Origin: Podospora anserina
Taxonomy: Eukaryota
Length of the DNA stretch: 64,000 nt
Assembly (NCBI GenBank): GCA_017654855.1
Contig: CM030333.1
Span: 1,860,001 to 1,924,000 of the forward strand
Reading direction: 5' to 3'
Positions 45,820 through 59,284 of the stretch are shown here, one piece after another (position 1 is the first letter of the stretch; the number at the start of each line of letters is the position of its first letter). Made by a program: the position numbers and the translations under genes. The notes beneath the pieces were generated by a model. That model did no database searches and had not been told where the DNA came from. It saw nothing but the letters and a program-made list of their open reading frames with translations.

Positions 45820-47165
45820 TCAAGCCTTCTTGTTCTCGGTGCTTCCGAGTGCTTGCAGTTTCTTGGCGTGGAATTGCTGTCAAATGTCAGTCGTCACGAT
45901 CAGGGAGATAAAGGGGGTCATTGGCTGAAGGAACCACTTACACCATCCACACCAGCCCCAACCAGCTTGAGCGGAATCTTTTGCAACAACCAAGGCACCG
46001 GAACATTGACACGGGTCACCTTGGCATCCTCATCTTTGACCTCTGGGTTCAAGAGGACATTCCTCGGAAGCAAAGGGTCGAAAATCGAGGGCCTTGCCAA
46101 CCCAACCATATCGCAATCACCCCTCCTGAGCGCCTCCTCCATCCCAAGCCTGGTGGTGAAGCCGCCCGTAACCATCAATGGAATCCCGGCCAACTCCCGC
46201 TTAGCTACTCTGGCAAACTCGAGAAAGAACGCCTCTCTTTTCTTGGTGCTCTCGGCGAGCATCTCCCTCGGTTTGATATCCTCAAAACTGCCCCCGCTGA
46301 TCTCGACAAAATCCAGCTCTGTCTTTGCCAGGAGTTGGAGCTGCTCGATGCTGTCTTCTTTGCCTTGCCTGTCGGTTTGCTGGTGATCCACGCTGTTTAG
46401 CTTGAGGCCTACGACGAACCCTTTGTATTCTTTGGTGGCTTCCCTCACGGCAGCGATGATCTCGAGGATGACGCGGGCTCGCTTGGCAGCTGTGCCACCG
46501 TAGGCATCGGTTCGCTTGTTGGAATGAGGGGAAAGGAACTGCGTGAGGAGGAAGCCGTGGGCGGCGTGGATCTGGACGCCGTTGAAGCCGGCTTTGGCGA
46601 GGATGAGGGCGGAGTGGGCGTGCTTGGTGATGAGGGATTGGATTTCGGGGATGGTCATTTCTCGGGGGTGGGCGAAGAGGAGGGTGCGGGCTATCTTTGG
46701 GAGGAGGCCGGGGCCTAGGTCGAGGGGAATGGGGGAGGGGGCCAAGGGGGGTTCGAACATGGAGCGGGCTTTGGAGGCGAAGCGGAGGAGTTGTTTGCCC
46801 GGGTGGATTAGTTGGACTATTACTGGGGATGGGGGGGTGTTGGAGGAGGCAGGGGGGCGGAAGGAAGCTGCCCAGGATTGGAGGGAGGAGAGGAGGGTTT
46901 CTTCGGGGAGGTTGGGTTGGTTGGCAAGAACGGCGTTGGTGGTGACTTGGAGGGGGTCGATGGCTACCGAGCCGGTGAGGATGAGGCCCCAGGAGCCGGT
47001 GGACCAGGAGGAGGAGATGGCTTTTAATTGGGGGGAGGGGAGGTTGGTGGTGGGATCGGCGCAGTCTTCGAACATGGAGGCTTTGGCGAGGCGATTGGGG
47101 ATGGTGAGGTTGGAGACGGGGAGGGTTAGGGGTTGGGAGAGGAGGAGATTAGGTGATGGAGGCAT
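45820..47165 (-). CDS. NADH:flavin oxidoreductase (Old Yellow Enzyme family; 2 exons)
   Basis: PNRLAKASM, GFNGVQIHAAHGFLLTQFLSPHSNKRTDAYGG, GLKLNSVD, EISGGSFE and MVTGGF...GLARP. Short last exon QFHAKKLQALGSTENKKA*. Confidence 0.93.
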
Positions 47166-50100
47166 TTTGGGTGTTGCTGAAGGGGCGGAAGGAGCTTTGG
47201 TGAGTATTGAAGATTCAAGGGGTCAAAGCGTGATATCAGGATACGGTGGTGTGGTCTGGAGTCAGCAACAGGTGCAGCTATGCAGTGGGCATGGTGGTGT
47301 TTATACTTGAGCATGGAGGCCTTGGTTTGTCTACTTTCGTTGCCCAAGCGGATCATGCCCGTTCCCATGTTTCCCTTTTGACTTCACTGCCTCACTTCCA
47401 TAAGGCACGCGTGTCACATTGGGTCATACGGCGGGCCTCGGTGTTGACGCTGGACCTTCACCAAAGTGTCCGTTTAGCAGGGGTTTTCTTTCGAGATATT
47501 TGTCAAACGGACAAACTTTTCCTTCTTGTCTAAGAAGTCACTCATCGAGGCTCCATATCTCGGACACATATGATGGTCAGGGTGAGGCATCGGGTCTCGC
47601 TTTGCTTGTGTAAGCCATCGCGCGCGGGTTCCGTTTTGGGACTAGCGGCTGTGCAACCCCAACCCTTGACACAAAGTCACTACAGCCACTTGTTGATGCC
47701 AATGAGGACAATGTTGGGATGGTTACACCAGCGGCCTACAATTTCTAAGCCCAGTAATAAGTGCCGTTGGAGTGGGTCTTCTATTCGGTCAGTACTGAAT
47801 GCTGATGTTTCATCATTGGTGGTCTTGTCTTGTGCGGAGACTTTTATGTTTGGATGGAGCAATCTTCGCCGCTGATGAAGAACACCGAGGTTTGAAAGCG
47901 AGGTTGCGGAGGTTTTCTTTTATCACACTTGAAGGTTTGTACTCCGTCAAAGCTTGGTGCAGACGAATAGGGACACGCCTATTTGATGGCAGAGTGTGGG
48001 GGGTGGAGGCTTGTAGGGAAGGAACGTTCTCTTGATTACACCCCTTCCAGGCACTGTTAGTCCCCCCCTGGATTCTGCATACAAAAATTGTCTTCTCGAC
48101 TACCCTCTCTAACAGATGGCTGAATGGGGGTGGGACTGCTGAGGCTCTTGCTGCTTCATGTTGGGGGGTTATAAGGTAACCTGGTAAGTGGTCATGTTGG
48201 GGGAGTGAAGGTGGGAAGTAGCGGGACCGGACGTGTGTCAATGCAAGTTCCAGTGAGGTGCGAAGGCAAGTTCAAGTGCTGTTAAGGGCAGTGGCGTGAC
48301 TTCTGTTGATGTTGTGAAGGAAGGAGAGAATCTGTCTTACACAACAGCTGAGCTGAGTGCCTTCCTTTCAGTCTGGTGTTGGCGGCAGTTGCTCTCACTG
48401 CTGCCTGTCCCTTCCTGTCATTACTTTTGCTGGTAAGGCAGTTGCGTCAAGCCAATGGAATGGGTCCTTGGCACGGTTGCCGTTGCTGTTGCTGTTGCTG
48501 CTGGAGTACTTGCAGCAGAGCAATCTTGAATTACCAGCAGCGGGTTTTGACTCGACAGCAACTTTGATTTGACAGCAGTTTTTCTGACAGCATTTTGGTT
48601 ACCAGCAACTCAACTGCTCTTGGCCCTGCCAGCAGAGAGCCATTGCAGCAAAGCATTAGCTTTGGTGTTGGCCTTCCTCCCTGCCACTGGTGTGGTGCCG
48701 ACTGATATCCTTTCGAGGCAGTAGTTTGTTCAGAAAGCACATTCAGGGGATCGCTCCACCTTACCCCTTGCATTACTTGCCCGGCTTGTACAACGTCAGA
48801 AATGTTCCGGCTGTTTGATCCGACACAGTGGCTCTCCTCTCAGATTCATGGTGTTCCGGACCCTTGGCTAAATGACGCTTGATCACTTGAACCGGTACCC
48901 TTATTAACGGCTCATTGTCTACACGGCACCCCCACATACCCCCATCACCATAATATTCCTCGATTGGCCAAAGTCTGAAGCAAACCCAATTGATAGTTGG
49001 AGAGCATCTTTTGCTCGTTCCAGTGGACTTGGCTCTGCACCACACAGCAGACAACAAGCTTTCGCGCTATCACCATCGAACGTGGCCAAGCAAAAGTCAT
49101 CACATCATGGAGTTTTACTAGCTGACGCCTTTTTACAACCCTGAGATCAAATTCTCCCTTCGCACAATGACTCTTTTCAACCCTCCCGTTATGAGATCTG
49201 TGATGATGCTCACCGGGTAATTTCACCCGCGCAATATAGGAATCGGATGAGGAATTATGCAGCCATCGACCATCCTGGCCCCACGCAGTAGAGATTTGTC
49301 CGCTTACATGTTGCATGTAGGACTCGGCAGGTGAAGGTCTCGAAGGCTTTTACACATCGGATATCTTGTCTGCGCACCCGCCATCAAGGCTTCGCCAAGG
49401 AATACCACAACGCAGAGGCAGAGCCGCCATCTACACAACCACATGGCAAGATCTGGGCCAGCCGCCGCTGCTACCCCACGAATGCCTGTTCCTTACCACC
49501 CAGTACCGCCCGACTGGTTATACGCACATGAACAAGTACGGACACGAACAAACGCCACAAACACCGCAGCTCCCTGGCGCAGCCCGCAACCGATATTGCT
49601 CCTCCCGAGGAGCCGTCAGCTTGAGGACTCGGGGTTTACTCGGTCGGTACCATCGTGGAAGATCGGCCGAGATCCCCTGCTGTTCCCCTGAAAGGCGCGT
49701 TTCCCACGTTCCCGTATATGGCACCAACAAATGACGCTGCATCTCGAGATTAATCTTCCGCAAATCTCCCCAGTTGCACACCACAGGATCGGCTCGCCCA
49801 GGACCACATACACTCTCGTTCCGGGCTCGTCTGTTGTTCCTCGCTCACAGCCTACGTTCCTTACCATCAGCCTTGACCATGTTAATCTATTGACAACCGG
49901 CAAAACGCTTGAGTGATCCGATCCCAGTGCTCACAAGATCACAATCTCAAAAGGCAAGAAAATCAGATTTAAACATGGGGAGACCGCCATACGATCTAGT
50001 GGGTAAAGTCGCACCACTCCCATTACCAGTCTTTACCACGGACTCACCAGCCACCGCCTGTGGAAGCGGCCGACGAGGGCAAGATATCGGCTCATCCCGT

Positions 50101-50294
50101 CGATGAGTATATTTCGGGCTGCATTTTCCCAGATTCTCAAGCCACTTCCCCAGGATCTTACCCCAGACGACAAGAAGCGAGTCCCGGAGATCTCCATCGA
50201 CGTCTGTGTCTGCCCCTGATTACAAAAGGTTTTGTCATACAGCTCGCCTGCATCACGTTACAAGTCACAACATACGCCGCAGATCTCTCGCCTG

Positions 50295-51859
50295 ATGTTA
50301 ACTCTCGCCCCCTTTTGCGCCCTGTTGGGCTTGGCGGCAACCTCATATGCCAACCCATTCGACAAACAAGACGCACTTACCGACTGCCTGGTCGGATCAG
50401 GCGTTCCAATCAATGCACCTGGTTCGGCCGATTGGAAGCTTGATTCTGCCCCTTTCAACCTGCGGCTCAATTACACCCCCGTCGCTATTGCTGTCCCAAC
50501 AACAGCCAAGCACGTTCAAGATGCCGTTGCTTGTGCTGCCGAGCTTGGGATCAAAGCCAATGCCAAATGCGGCGGGCACAGTTATGCATCATTCGGTCTC
50601 GGTGGCGAAGATGGCCATCTCACGATTGAGATGGACCGAATGAACAAGGTTGTCCTGGACAACAGCACCGGCATTGCAACGGTTGAAGGTGGCTCAAGGT
50701 TGGGTCACGTTGCCTGGGAGCTCTACCAGCAAGGTAGGAGGGGCTTCAGCCACGGCACATGTCCAGGGTGAGTTGTGATTTCCATTACATTGAATTCAGT
50801 TGACAGAATAGTGGGGCTAACCAGAAAGATAGGGTCGGAGTGGGAGGTCATGCACTTCACGGTGGGTATGGTATCAGCTCCCACACCAAGGGTTTAGCTC
50901 TTGACTGGATAGTTGGGGCCACCGTTGTCCTCGCCAATTCGACAATTGTCAACTGCTCCAAGACGGAGAATCCGGACTTGTTTTGGGCCATCCGTGGTGC
51001 AGGATCCTCCATGGGCGTTGTCACCGAGTTCAAATTCGACACCTTTGAGGTGCCTGAGAAGGTTACCTACTTCATTGCGCCAGTACAATGGCCAACAGAG
51101 GCCAGAGCTTTGGTTGGTGTCCGAGCCGTTCATGAGTTTGCCAAGACTATGCCAATGGAGTTGAACATGCGTTTGTTCATCGCCAAGCGCTTTATCAACC
51201 TGGAGGGTCTGTATTATGGAGACAAGGCAGGCCTGCAAGCTGTTCTCGCACCTTTGCAAAAGATAACCAACGCAACACTCGCGGTGGCCACAACAGGTGG
51301 CTGGCTGGATCAAATCAAACACTTTGGCAACGGAGTCAACATTGATCAGGGGCACAATCTCGCGCAACATGAGACTTTCTACTCGACCAGTCTTTACACC
51401 AAGGCTTTGAGCGAAGAGAAGCTCGAGCAGTTCGTCAGCTACTGGTTCAAGCAGGCCAAGTCCAATCCTAGGGACTGGTATGTGCACATTGACTTGCACG
51501 GCGGTGAGAACTCGGCAGTCAGCTCTCAGGATGACGATTCAAGTGCCTATGCGCACCGAGATTATCTTTTGATGTACCTTCTGTATGACCGCATAGACAA
51601 GGGCACATATCCCGCCGACGGCCATACCATCATGAGCAACTTTGCCCGCAACATCACCGAGGGCCTGCCCAAAGAGGACTGGGGAATGTACATCAACTAC
51701 CCTGACTCCAGGGGTCTTATGGACCAGGAAACAGCGCAGGTCAATTACTGGGGCAAGAATCTACCGAGACTTCAGGCAATCAAGAAGGCCGTTGATCCGA
51801 ACGATGTCTTTCATTACCCCCAGGGTGTCTTGCCAACTACTGATGCTAGAAGTCTTTGA
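50295..51859 (+). CDS. Secreted FAD-linked berberine-bridge-enzyme-like oxidase (AA7 oligosaccharide oxidase-like; intron 50768-50832)
   Basis: Signal peptide. GGHSY and HGTCPG|VGVGGH carry the His and Cys expected for bicovalent FAD. Also NPDLFWAIRGAG and the BBE tail YINYPD...YWGKNLPRLQAIKKAVDPNDVF. Confidence 0.92.
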
Positions 51860-52023
51860 GCGAGACCTGACATTGGTGGAAAGGACTAACGGTGTGAAGT
51901 CAGGGAGATACCCTTGTATATATGAGGAATGGGATAGACGAAAGATTCATTCAAATAAACTCGCAGTTTTCAATTCCAAGGATATCAAAGCATCTGCTCC
52001 AAGCGCCTTACAAACTAGCAATC

Positions 52024-53253
52024 TCACATCATGTTTAGAACCAGCCAAACACCGAAGCTAATGAATGCGACCTTCACCAAGCTTCCTTCTAACCTTTCAC
52101 TGCCGCTAGTCACTTCAGTCAAAGGCCCTCTAGGGCTTGCGACGGTTCTCACTGTTGTCTCATTTCCACCCACAAACGCCCTAGTCACATTCATCCTAGC
52201 AACCCACCCCTCCAAAAACCTCTTCACAGCCCAATACGCCGGCTTCCTCTGATAATCCTCCGTCCAAAGACACGCACCGCCCTTCCCTGGAAACGTCCCC
52301 GGCACCCAGCTATACCGATCCGTAAACTGCCACACCGTCACCCCGACACACCTCTCTACCTCGAGACACGCCCTCACCGCAACAACATAATCACTTGCCT
52401 GCTGCTCCACCGCCAGCTCACTCGCAGTTTCCACATCCTCTTGCGCCACATCCAGCTCCGTCCAGGCGACATCCACCCCCAGATCAGCAAACCTTTGCAG
52501 AGTCGCTATCAAACTCTCCACGCTCGGCGTCTGGCCAACTGTGAAGTGAGCCTGGAGTCCCACGCCATCAATTTTAACACCTTTACTCTGAAGCGACTTG
52601 ACCAGTTCAACAGCGGCGGTTTGCTTTTCTGGTGCGGTCTCAAGGTTGAAGTCGTTGTAGTAGAGCTTCGTCTCTGGGGGCGCTACCTCCCTTGCAACCT
52701 CAAAAGAATGAGCGATATACTCCTCCCCCAACACGTTGAAAAACACCGAGTTGCGAAATGTTCCGTTTTCGTTTAGCGCCTCATTGACGACATCCCAGGC
52801 GTAGCAGGCACTGCCAAAGTGGGAGATTACCGAGGTGATGTGTGTTGTGATCAACTGTCGTAACGTGTCTGGTGTCCATGATGTGGAGGAGACAAAGGGG
52901 GGGAGTTGGGAGTGCCAGGTCAGTGTGTGACAACGCAAGAGGTGGTTGTAGCTGTTGGCAAGGGAGGCGACTTGGTCAGAGGCGTTGAAGGAAAAGTCGC
53001 CTGGTTGGGGCTGGATGAGACCCCATTTTTGTGAGTTTTCTGGGGTGAGCTGGCCGAATTCGAGGGGGTTAGAGAGGATGTTTTGGTAGGTTGGGTCGGC
53101 GAAGTTATTGGTTTCGGTGGCAGTGCCAAAGTAGAGTTTTCCGGCGGAGAGGAAGAGGGAGTGTAGGCCGGTGGAGGGGGGTTCGCGGTTGGATTGGGCG
53201 ATTGTTGTTGTTGCCAAGAGGGTGGTGGTCAGGAGGACGGATATTCTTGTCAT
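52024..53253 (-). CDS. GH10 endo-1,4-beta-xylanase with hydrophobic C-terminal tail
   Basis: Signal peptide, TPENSQKW, HTLTWHSQLP, acid/base WDVVNEA, LYYNDFN, IDGVGLQAH and nucleophile TELD. Confidence 0.95.
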   Translation of the reverse strand: MTRISVLLTTTLLATTTIAQSNREPPSTGLHSLFLSAGKLYFGTATETNNFADPTYQNILSNPLEFGQLTPENSQKWGLIQPQPGDFSFNASDQVASLANSYNHLLRCHTLTWHSQLPPFVSSTSWTPDTLRQLITTHITSVISHFGSACYAWDVVNEALNENGTFRNSVFFNVLGEEYIAHSFEVAREVAPPETKLYYNDFNLETAPEKQTAAVELVKSLQSKGVKIDGVGLQAHFTVGQTPSVESLIATLQRFADLGVDVAWTELDVAQEDVETASELAVEQQASDYVVAVRACLEVERCVGVTVWQFTDRYSWVPGTFPGKGGACLWTEDYQRKPAYWAVKRFLEGWVARMNVTRAFVGGNETTVRTVASPRGPLTEVTSGSERLEGSLVKVAFISFGVWLVLNMM

Positions 53254-54545
53254 GGTGATTATGGTGAGTGTTAATGACTCGCAAGCCGTTTGTGGCTTCT
53301 GTTTTCAAATGTCAAAATGACAGCTTCTCTGTATTTTCACCTGTTTTACACTATCGCTAACAGTGAACTGTCGTGGACAACTCGAGGGGTGAGCCCGGTT
53401 CTTGTATGTGTGCCGCTTTTGATGGGCAGAAGATCTGGGGTATTTTCATGCTTGATTCGGCCGATTTCCGGATTTTTTGATAAGTTTAATTCACCTTTTT
53501 GGTCACTCGTTTGATCTCCATCTAGGGCCGTGTTTACCTTGTCGGCGCCAAGTGAGCGCTCAGAACAATGCTCAGGCCATCGACGTTTCAGACGAAGAAG
53601 CAGCCTTTGGAGTCACGCATTTGGCAATTCAATGCTTTGAAAGCAATGCAACAGACCACAAAACTTCATATATCACTGTTCCAGCTCAGTAATCACCACC
53701 AACCCATTGTTTCACATGTGTGAGAGCTGTAGTTATGACCTCTGAAAGAAGAAGCAAAAGGGACTCTAACCCTCTATACTTTTTAGGGGCAAAATGGTTT
53801 CAGGTAACGAAGTCTCTTTCACTAGACTTTGCAGTACAGAAAAACATATTAATGCGTTGCGGCTGGTTTTTTTCTATTTTTTCTTTCCTTTTCGTTATTA
53901 ATGCTCCATTTGATTATTGGCAGTTCCAGGTTTCCAGAGACTTTGCCATGATCTGATGATAACTGGTTACCCCTGAACCCCTTTTTACGCCTTATCAGCC
54001 CGCAGTCTGCAACCAAGGTACCATGGGCATCCATTGGCCAATGGACAATATCTTGCATCAACCACCACCAACTTCAGCTGCACTGTGTCGACTGTTAAAG
54101 ATGTGCAGGTTCCCCGCTGCCAAGTTTGACTGTGCCACAGCTCGGTTCCATCCCCGTCCTTTCCACGGAAGTATCGCGCCATTCGATACTGGAAGAAAGG
54201 TGCGAGTAGCCGAGCGAACATGCATGCGGTTTGGGGGTCGGAGCTCAATCAGGACGATAAGGTGCTCTCAAATGTGGGCACCAGTTGGTTTGAGAAGCCG
54301 ATTGGTGGGGGAGGGGATAGATTGCGTACGAGATGCATGTGCTGTCGCGCAATCCGGACCAACGCCCGGACGCCTTGTCTTAAACCGGTGTGCGGATGTA
54401 ACGACGGCAGGGCTAGCGCCCGGTGGGATTCTCACAAGGTCAACCCCGTCACCTGCCACATGAGCGAGGGAGTTTTATTCTAGAACTGCTGTTCACCTTC
54501 TTTCCCGCACCACCTCGCCTGTCGATCATCAACAGCACAGCAACA

Positions 54546-55941
54546 ATGACCGAGGAAAAGGCAGCATCTCCAGCCCCCGAGGCGGCCACCAAGGCCCAAT
54601 CACCGCCACCTGCCGCTGCTTCGTCACCAACCCCAGAACCTGCCCAGCCAGAGCCTGCCCATATTCAAGCTGACGATGAGGTGCCTGATGACACTGATGT
54701 GGACTCGTCGTGGGGAGAGGTAGGATATCGGACCGCCTCTGGTCACATTCTATTCCTTTTGCTGACAAGCCACAGGACGCCGTCTCCTCGACTGCTAGCA
54801 TCTCTAGTTCCATCTTGGACTACAGAAAAGAGAACGGGCGCACTTACCACGCCTATAGAGACGGAAGTTAGTGGCAGCCAAGTCTTGTGACAGGTGGAGA
54901 ACACTAGTGGTGATAGTGATACTAACACAATGTAACAGAATACCTGATCCCCAATGATGAACAAGAAAACGAGCGTCTTGATTTTCAACACCATCTTTGG
55001 TATCTGACTCTCGATGGTCGGTTGGGATTCGCTCCTCCCGCTCATCCTGAAGCCAAATTTGCTGGCCGGGTTCTCGATGTTGGCACTGGTACAGGTATCT
55101 GGGCTATTGATTTTGGTGATGAGCATCCAGATGCCCATGTTATCGGCGTCGACCTCTCACCGATTCAACCGAGCTTGTAAGCGCCTCGGTTTCTTGCAAT
55201 GGAGAAAGAATTATAGGCAACTGCTGACATTGAGTTTCCACTACAGCACACCTCCCAATGTCCACTTTCAAATCGACGATCTGGAGGACGAATGGACCTT
55301 CTCACAGCCATTTGACTACATTCACGTTCGCGCCATGTCCGGTTCAATCAAGAACTGGTCTGCGTTTCTTGAAAGATGCATCGAGTAATGAGCCCCACCC
55401 AAAATCTTTCTCAATTGCTTCTGACATGCGAAAATAGAAACTTGAAGCCTGGCGGTTGGCTCGAAGTTCAAGAACCGGGCAGACCCATTGCCGACGATGA
55501 CACATTCCCCCCTGACTGTGCTCTCGCCAAAGCTACCGCTCTTTTTGCGGAAGGACTCGCAGCAGCAGGCTCGCCGCTTCTTGACGTCTTCACTCTCAAG
55601 GACTTGTTCAACGGAGCCGGCTTTGTCAGCTACGATGAAAAGCGGGCTTATTGGCCCAGCAACCCTTGGCCCAAAGACAAGAAGCTCAAGGAGATCGCCA
55701 TGTGGTCCAACACAAACCTCTCCGCCGGCGTTGAGGGTTTCTTGATGGCGGTGGCGACACGCTTCTTGGGCTGGAGTCTGCCAGAAGTCACTGTTCTTTC
55801 TGCTCAAGCAAGAGCTGATCTCAACGACAGAAGAATCCATGCCTATTGGCCAGTGTAAGTTTGCCTGAGGGTGGCTGTTGATTTGGTTCAAAGCTAACAA
55901 GACTTTGCAGCATCTCTGCATTTGCGCAAAAGCCCGAGTGA
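54546..55941 (+). CDS. SAM-dependent methyltransferase, LaeA-like family (6 exons)
   Basis: ENGRTYHAY, PNDEQENERLDFQHH, VLDVGTGTGIWAIDFGDEHP, GVDLSPIQP, FDYIHVR and LKPGGWLEVQE. Confidence 0.92.
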
Positions 55942-56129
55942 AAAACACGAGGATGTAGCTTGCTTTTTGAATACCCATTATGTACCTAAATGCTACCATA
56001 TATCTAACGTCTATTAAGCATTACCATCGTGTCATTAGTCGTCGTTCCCAATTTTGAGTCCCGCCCCCAGTGCCTATCTTCCAGCAATTGAAATACCATG
56101 CCAGCTTTTCCAACCTTTGTTGTCTCAAC

Positions 56130-58110
56130 CTATACAGCAGATATATGGCTCATAGTCCGACCCAACGCGGCCTCCTCCCGCTGTCCTTCAGTCTTGAGTG
56201 CTGCGGAAAACTTGCTAGCAGCACGAATTTTATCACCATAAGCAACAAAACACAATGGAACGGCTGCCAAAGCTGCACTGATACCAGCAAGCAACGCACA
56301 AGACTTGGCAATACCCAAAGCTTTGAGCATATCTTCGATAGCGAGTGGGAGGAGAGCACCAGCAACACTACGCGTGGTGCCCAATGCCGCCAGGGCAGAG
56401 GCAGAGTAGATACCATACGCATCCGCAACGTACTAATCTTGATGAGTAAAAAGTCCAGGATGCTTGTGAAAGTGAGTACTCACGTTGATCATTGCTACCC
56501 ACATGATATTGTAAGCAATTCCATAAGGCACAGTTGCGATAAAGGGGACCGCCCAATGCACATCGGACCGAGCAGACAGTCCAATCCACAGTATTGAGAT
56601 GACGAAAAACGGGCCTCCAATGCAGGCCAGAGGGAGGCGGAAGTACTCTGCTCTCTTTGTAGGGTGTTTGGCGCTGAGCCGAAGAGTGACTGGGTCGCAC
56701 CACCAGCAGATGAAGCAGCCGATGATAGTTCCAAGACCAACTTAAGAGATGATAAGCTTTGTGCTAGGTAGGTACTGAAAACAGTAGTTGGGAGGAGCAC
56801 TTACTGATCATAAACAATAGCCCTGAAACACCAGGACTGAATCCGTACACGCCCACGAAAATTGCGTAATAGATCTGGACCATCCTGTGACCGGTTGTCA
56901 GTATAATTCAACGCATGAAGATCCAGCCGACGTACATGTAGAACACCGAGTAAATAAAACCGATGTAAAGAGATGTGAGAACCACCACCATCTCTCCACA
57001 TAGCAACTCCAACGGGCGCAGCAAGGTTGTTTTCTACCCCTATTTGTCAGCCCCATTCCCCTTAATCCTCTCAGGGATACATGTCACAAACTCACCAAAG
57101 TGACAAAGACACTCTTCTGACTCAACTCCGCCGGCGCCACCCACCTCCTCCCATCCTCCCTCGGCTCCTCCTTATTCAACCTCTCCGCCTTCCTCTTCAA
57201 AATCTTGGCCGCCAACGTCTCAGGGATGGCCAACACTGAAGCCAGCGTGACTCCCGCAAAGATCAACGCGATCCTATTTCCTCGTCAGCCCCCCTCATCT
57301 CTTTTTACCCATAATTTCTGAAAATACTCACCAAAAAACCCACCTCCACCCCAAAATCCCTCCCACAAAACCCCCCAAAACTGGCGCCCCCAAAGGCCCC
57401 ACAAACGTAGAAGCACTCCAAACCATCAACATCCTTCCCCGCTGTACCTCATCCCCAAAGCAATCAGCTATAACCCCTCCAAACACACTCAACGGTGGAC
57501 TCCCAAAAGTCCCGCACAAGAACCTCATCAACAAAAAACTCCACCAACTCGGCGCAACAGACGCCCCCGCCGTGCTAGCCACAAACAATAAGAAACCCGT
57601 CACAAGAATGGGTTTCCTCCCGTAGGTTTCGGACAAGGGCGCAAAAATGATAGGCCCGAAGCAGAACCCCATCAGGTAGAGCGAGGCAGGGAGGACAGAT
57701 TGGGGGCCGACGGGGACGTGAAATTCAGCAGATAGGAGGGGGAAGAGGTTGGCCGAGGCGATGGTGGAGCCCATTGTTGAATTGAGGCATGTGAGGGTAG
57801 CGCATAGGAGCAGGATGGATTTCTTTTTCTGTTTAGAGGGGAGGAGGTATGGTTAGAAGAGCAAAGGGGGAGAAGAGAAGGAGGAGGAAGGATGACGAAC
57901 CATGGACCAGTTGTAGGGGTTCTCGGGGTCGTTAGGAGAGAACGACACAACAGCGTATTCTTGTTGGTCGGGTGGTGTTGGTGAGGAGGCGTTGTCGTCA
58001 TGGTTGGATGCCAGCGAGATGGTATCATGAGTGCTGGAACCGCTAGAGGAACTACTGCTGTTCACCACCGGAAAAGGCGTAACCTTTTCCTCCACCTCTG
58101 CTTTCTCCAT
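56130..58110 (-). CDS. MFS transporter, DHA1 drug:H+ antiporter family (multi-exon)
   Basis: DPENPYNWS, GPIIFAPLSETYGRKP, GWRWVFW, PETLA, PEYFRLPLAC and YGDKIRAASKF. Confidence 0.9.
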
Positions 58111-59284
58111 CGTTGAAGCTGGGGCGTTCCAATGTTAAAATAAAAACCAAAGCAAAGCAAGTTGAATTGCCCAAAAAAAAAACACCTCAAAAAAATAAAA
58201 AGAAGTTACGGTTGCATATATGTAACAAGACACAAGCACAACTTGTAAAACGAGAGCACGAAATTAATAAAAAGTCAAGACCAAGAGTCGTCAACTTGCC
58301 TGAGGAGTGGGTGAGTGTCTGGAAACAAAAAGGAGACACCAACCTGTCCCTATTTAAAGCCATAACACCATGCACTCCGCATTTTCATTCTCCAACCACC
58401 CGGGACGGAAGCTAAAAACCAAGGCCCATCAGTCTAGTCTCCTCGTTCTACAGAAACACAATACAGTGACTCAATTTTCCGGGACTCCCCCTGGCCTTCC
58501 TGTTCAAGCATGGAAGCAAAGCTGGTAAGCGGTCCCGGTTGCCCCTAGCCAGGAAGAAATTTCATTGCTATCACAGGACAATGTAGTATCGTAACGTCTG
58601 AGCACCGGAAACAAGCCGTCTCCTCTGCTGCTTGGTCCCGGTCCGATGACGGCTACACTCCCCGCCGGCCGGTGGTGCCCTTCCGCCGACCAGGGGCCAT
58701 TAGCAGTCTGGGCGGTCGTGGGAGGTGGGGTCTTGAAGGAACCGCATCCCCGGAATCACCTAGCAGGAGGGAAGTTCCACAGGTTCAAGGTGAGATGGTT
58801 CGTGGAACATGGGATGGGAACAAGGACTCGGGCAGACAGGGTGCGGTACCCCCAGAGATCAAAGATCGAGTCCAGCCACGAAACTCGAGACGGGTCTCGA
58901 GTCACTCCAACGTGTGTTGGCATCGGCGTTCCTGAGCTTGTGTACTCGCATGTTACTACGCTGCTAGCGAATTAAAAAAATGTTCTACGAATACGAACGT
59001 AGCGGTCACAGAGTTGAAGGAAGCCGCGGCATATGGGTCAACTTATCCGGAATTAGTCCTGTTGCTTTCCGTTAGTCATGAAGATCATCCTGTGGGTTGG
59101 GTGACCATGGCCTCGAACTCGACCTTGGCGTTTTCTGGAACTCAATGCAAGTTTGGGACCTAGCGGCTGTTGAAACTGCCCAACCTCCAACGGTGATTGG
59201 CGTCTCGATCTGAGCCCACCAGGTGGATGATGTTCAAGGCTGAAATTGATAAACAGCCCGATTTGGAAGGTTTTCAGAGTGCAC

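Noticed and set aside
47300-50250. Many short ORFs between the OYE and AA7 genes
   Set aside because: No recognisable motif, codon bias or consistent splice pattern. A very decayed relic cannot be excluded without BLASTX.
54546-58110. Methyltransferase plus MFS as a secondary-metabolite cluster
   Set aside because: There is no PKS, NRPS, terpene synthase or other backbone gene in the window, and both families are large and widely scattered.
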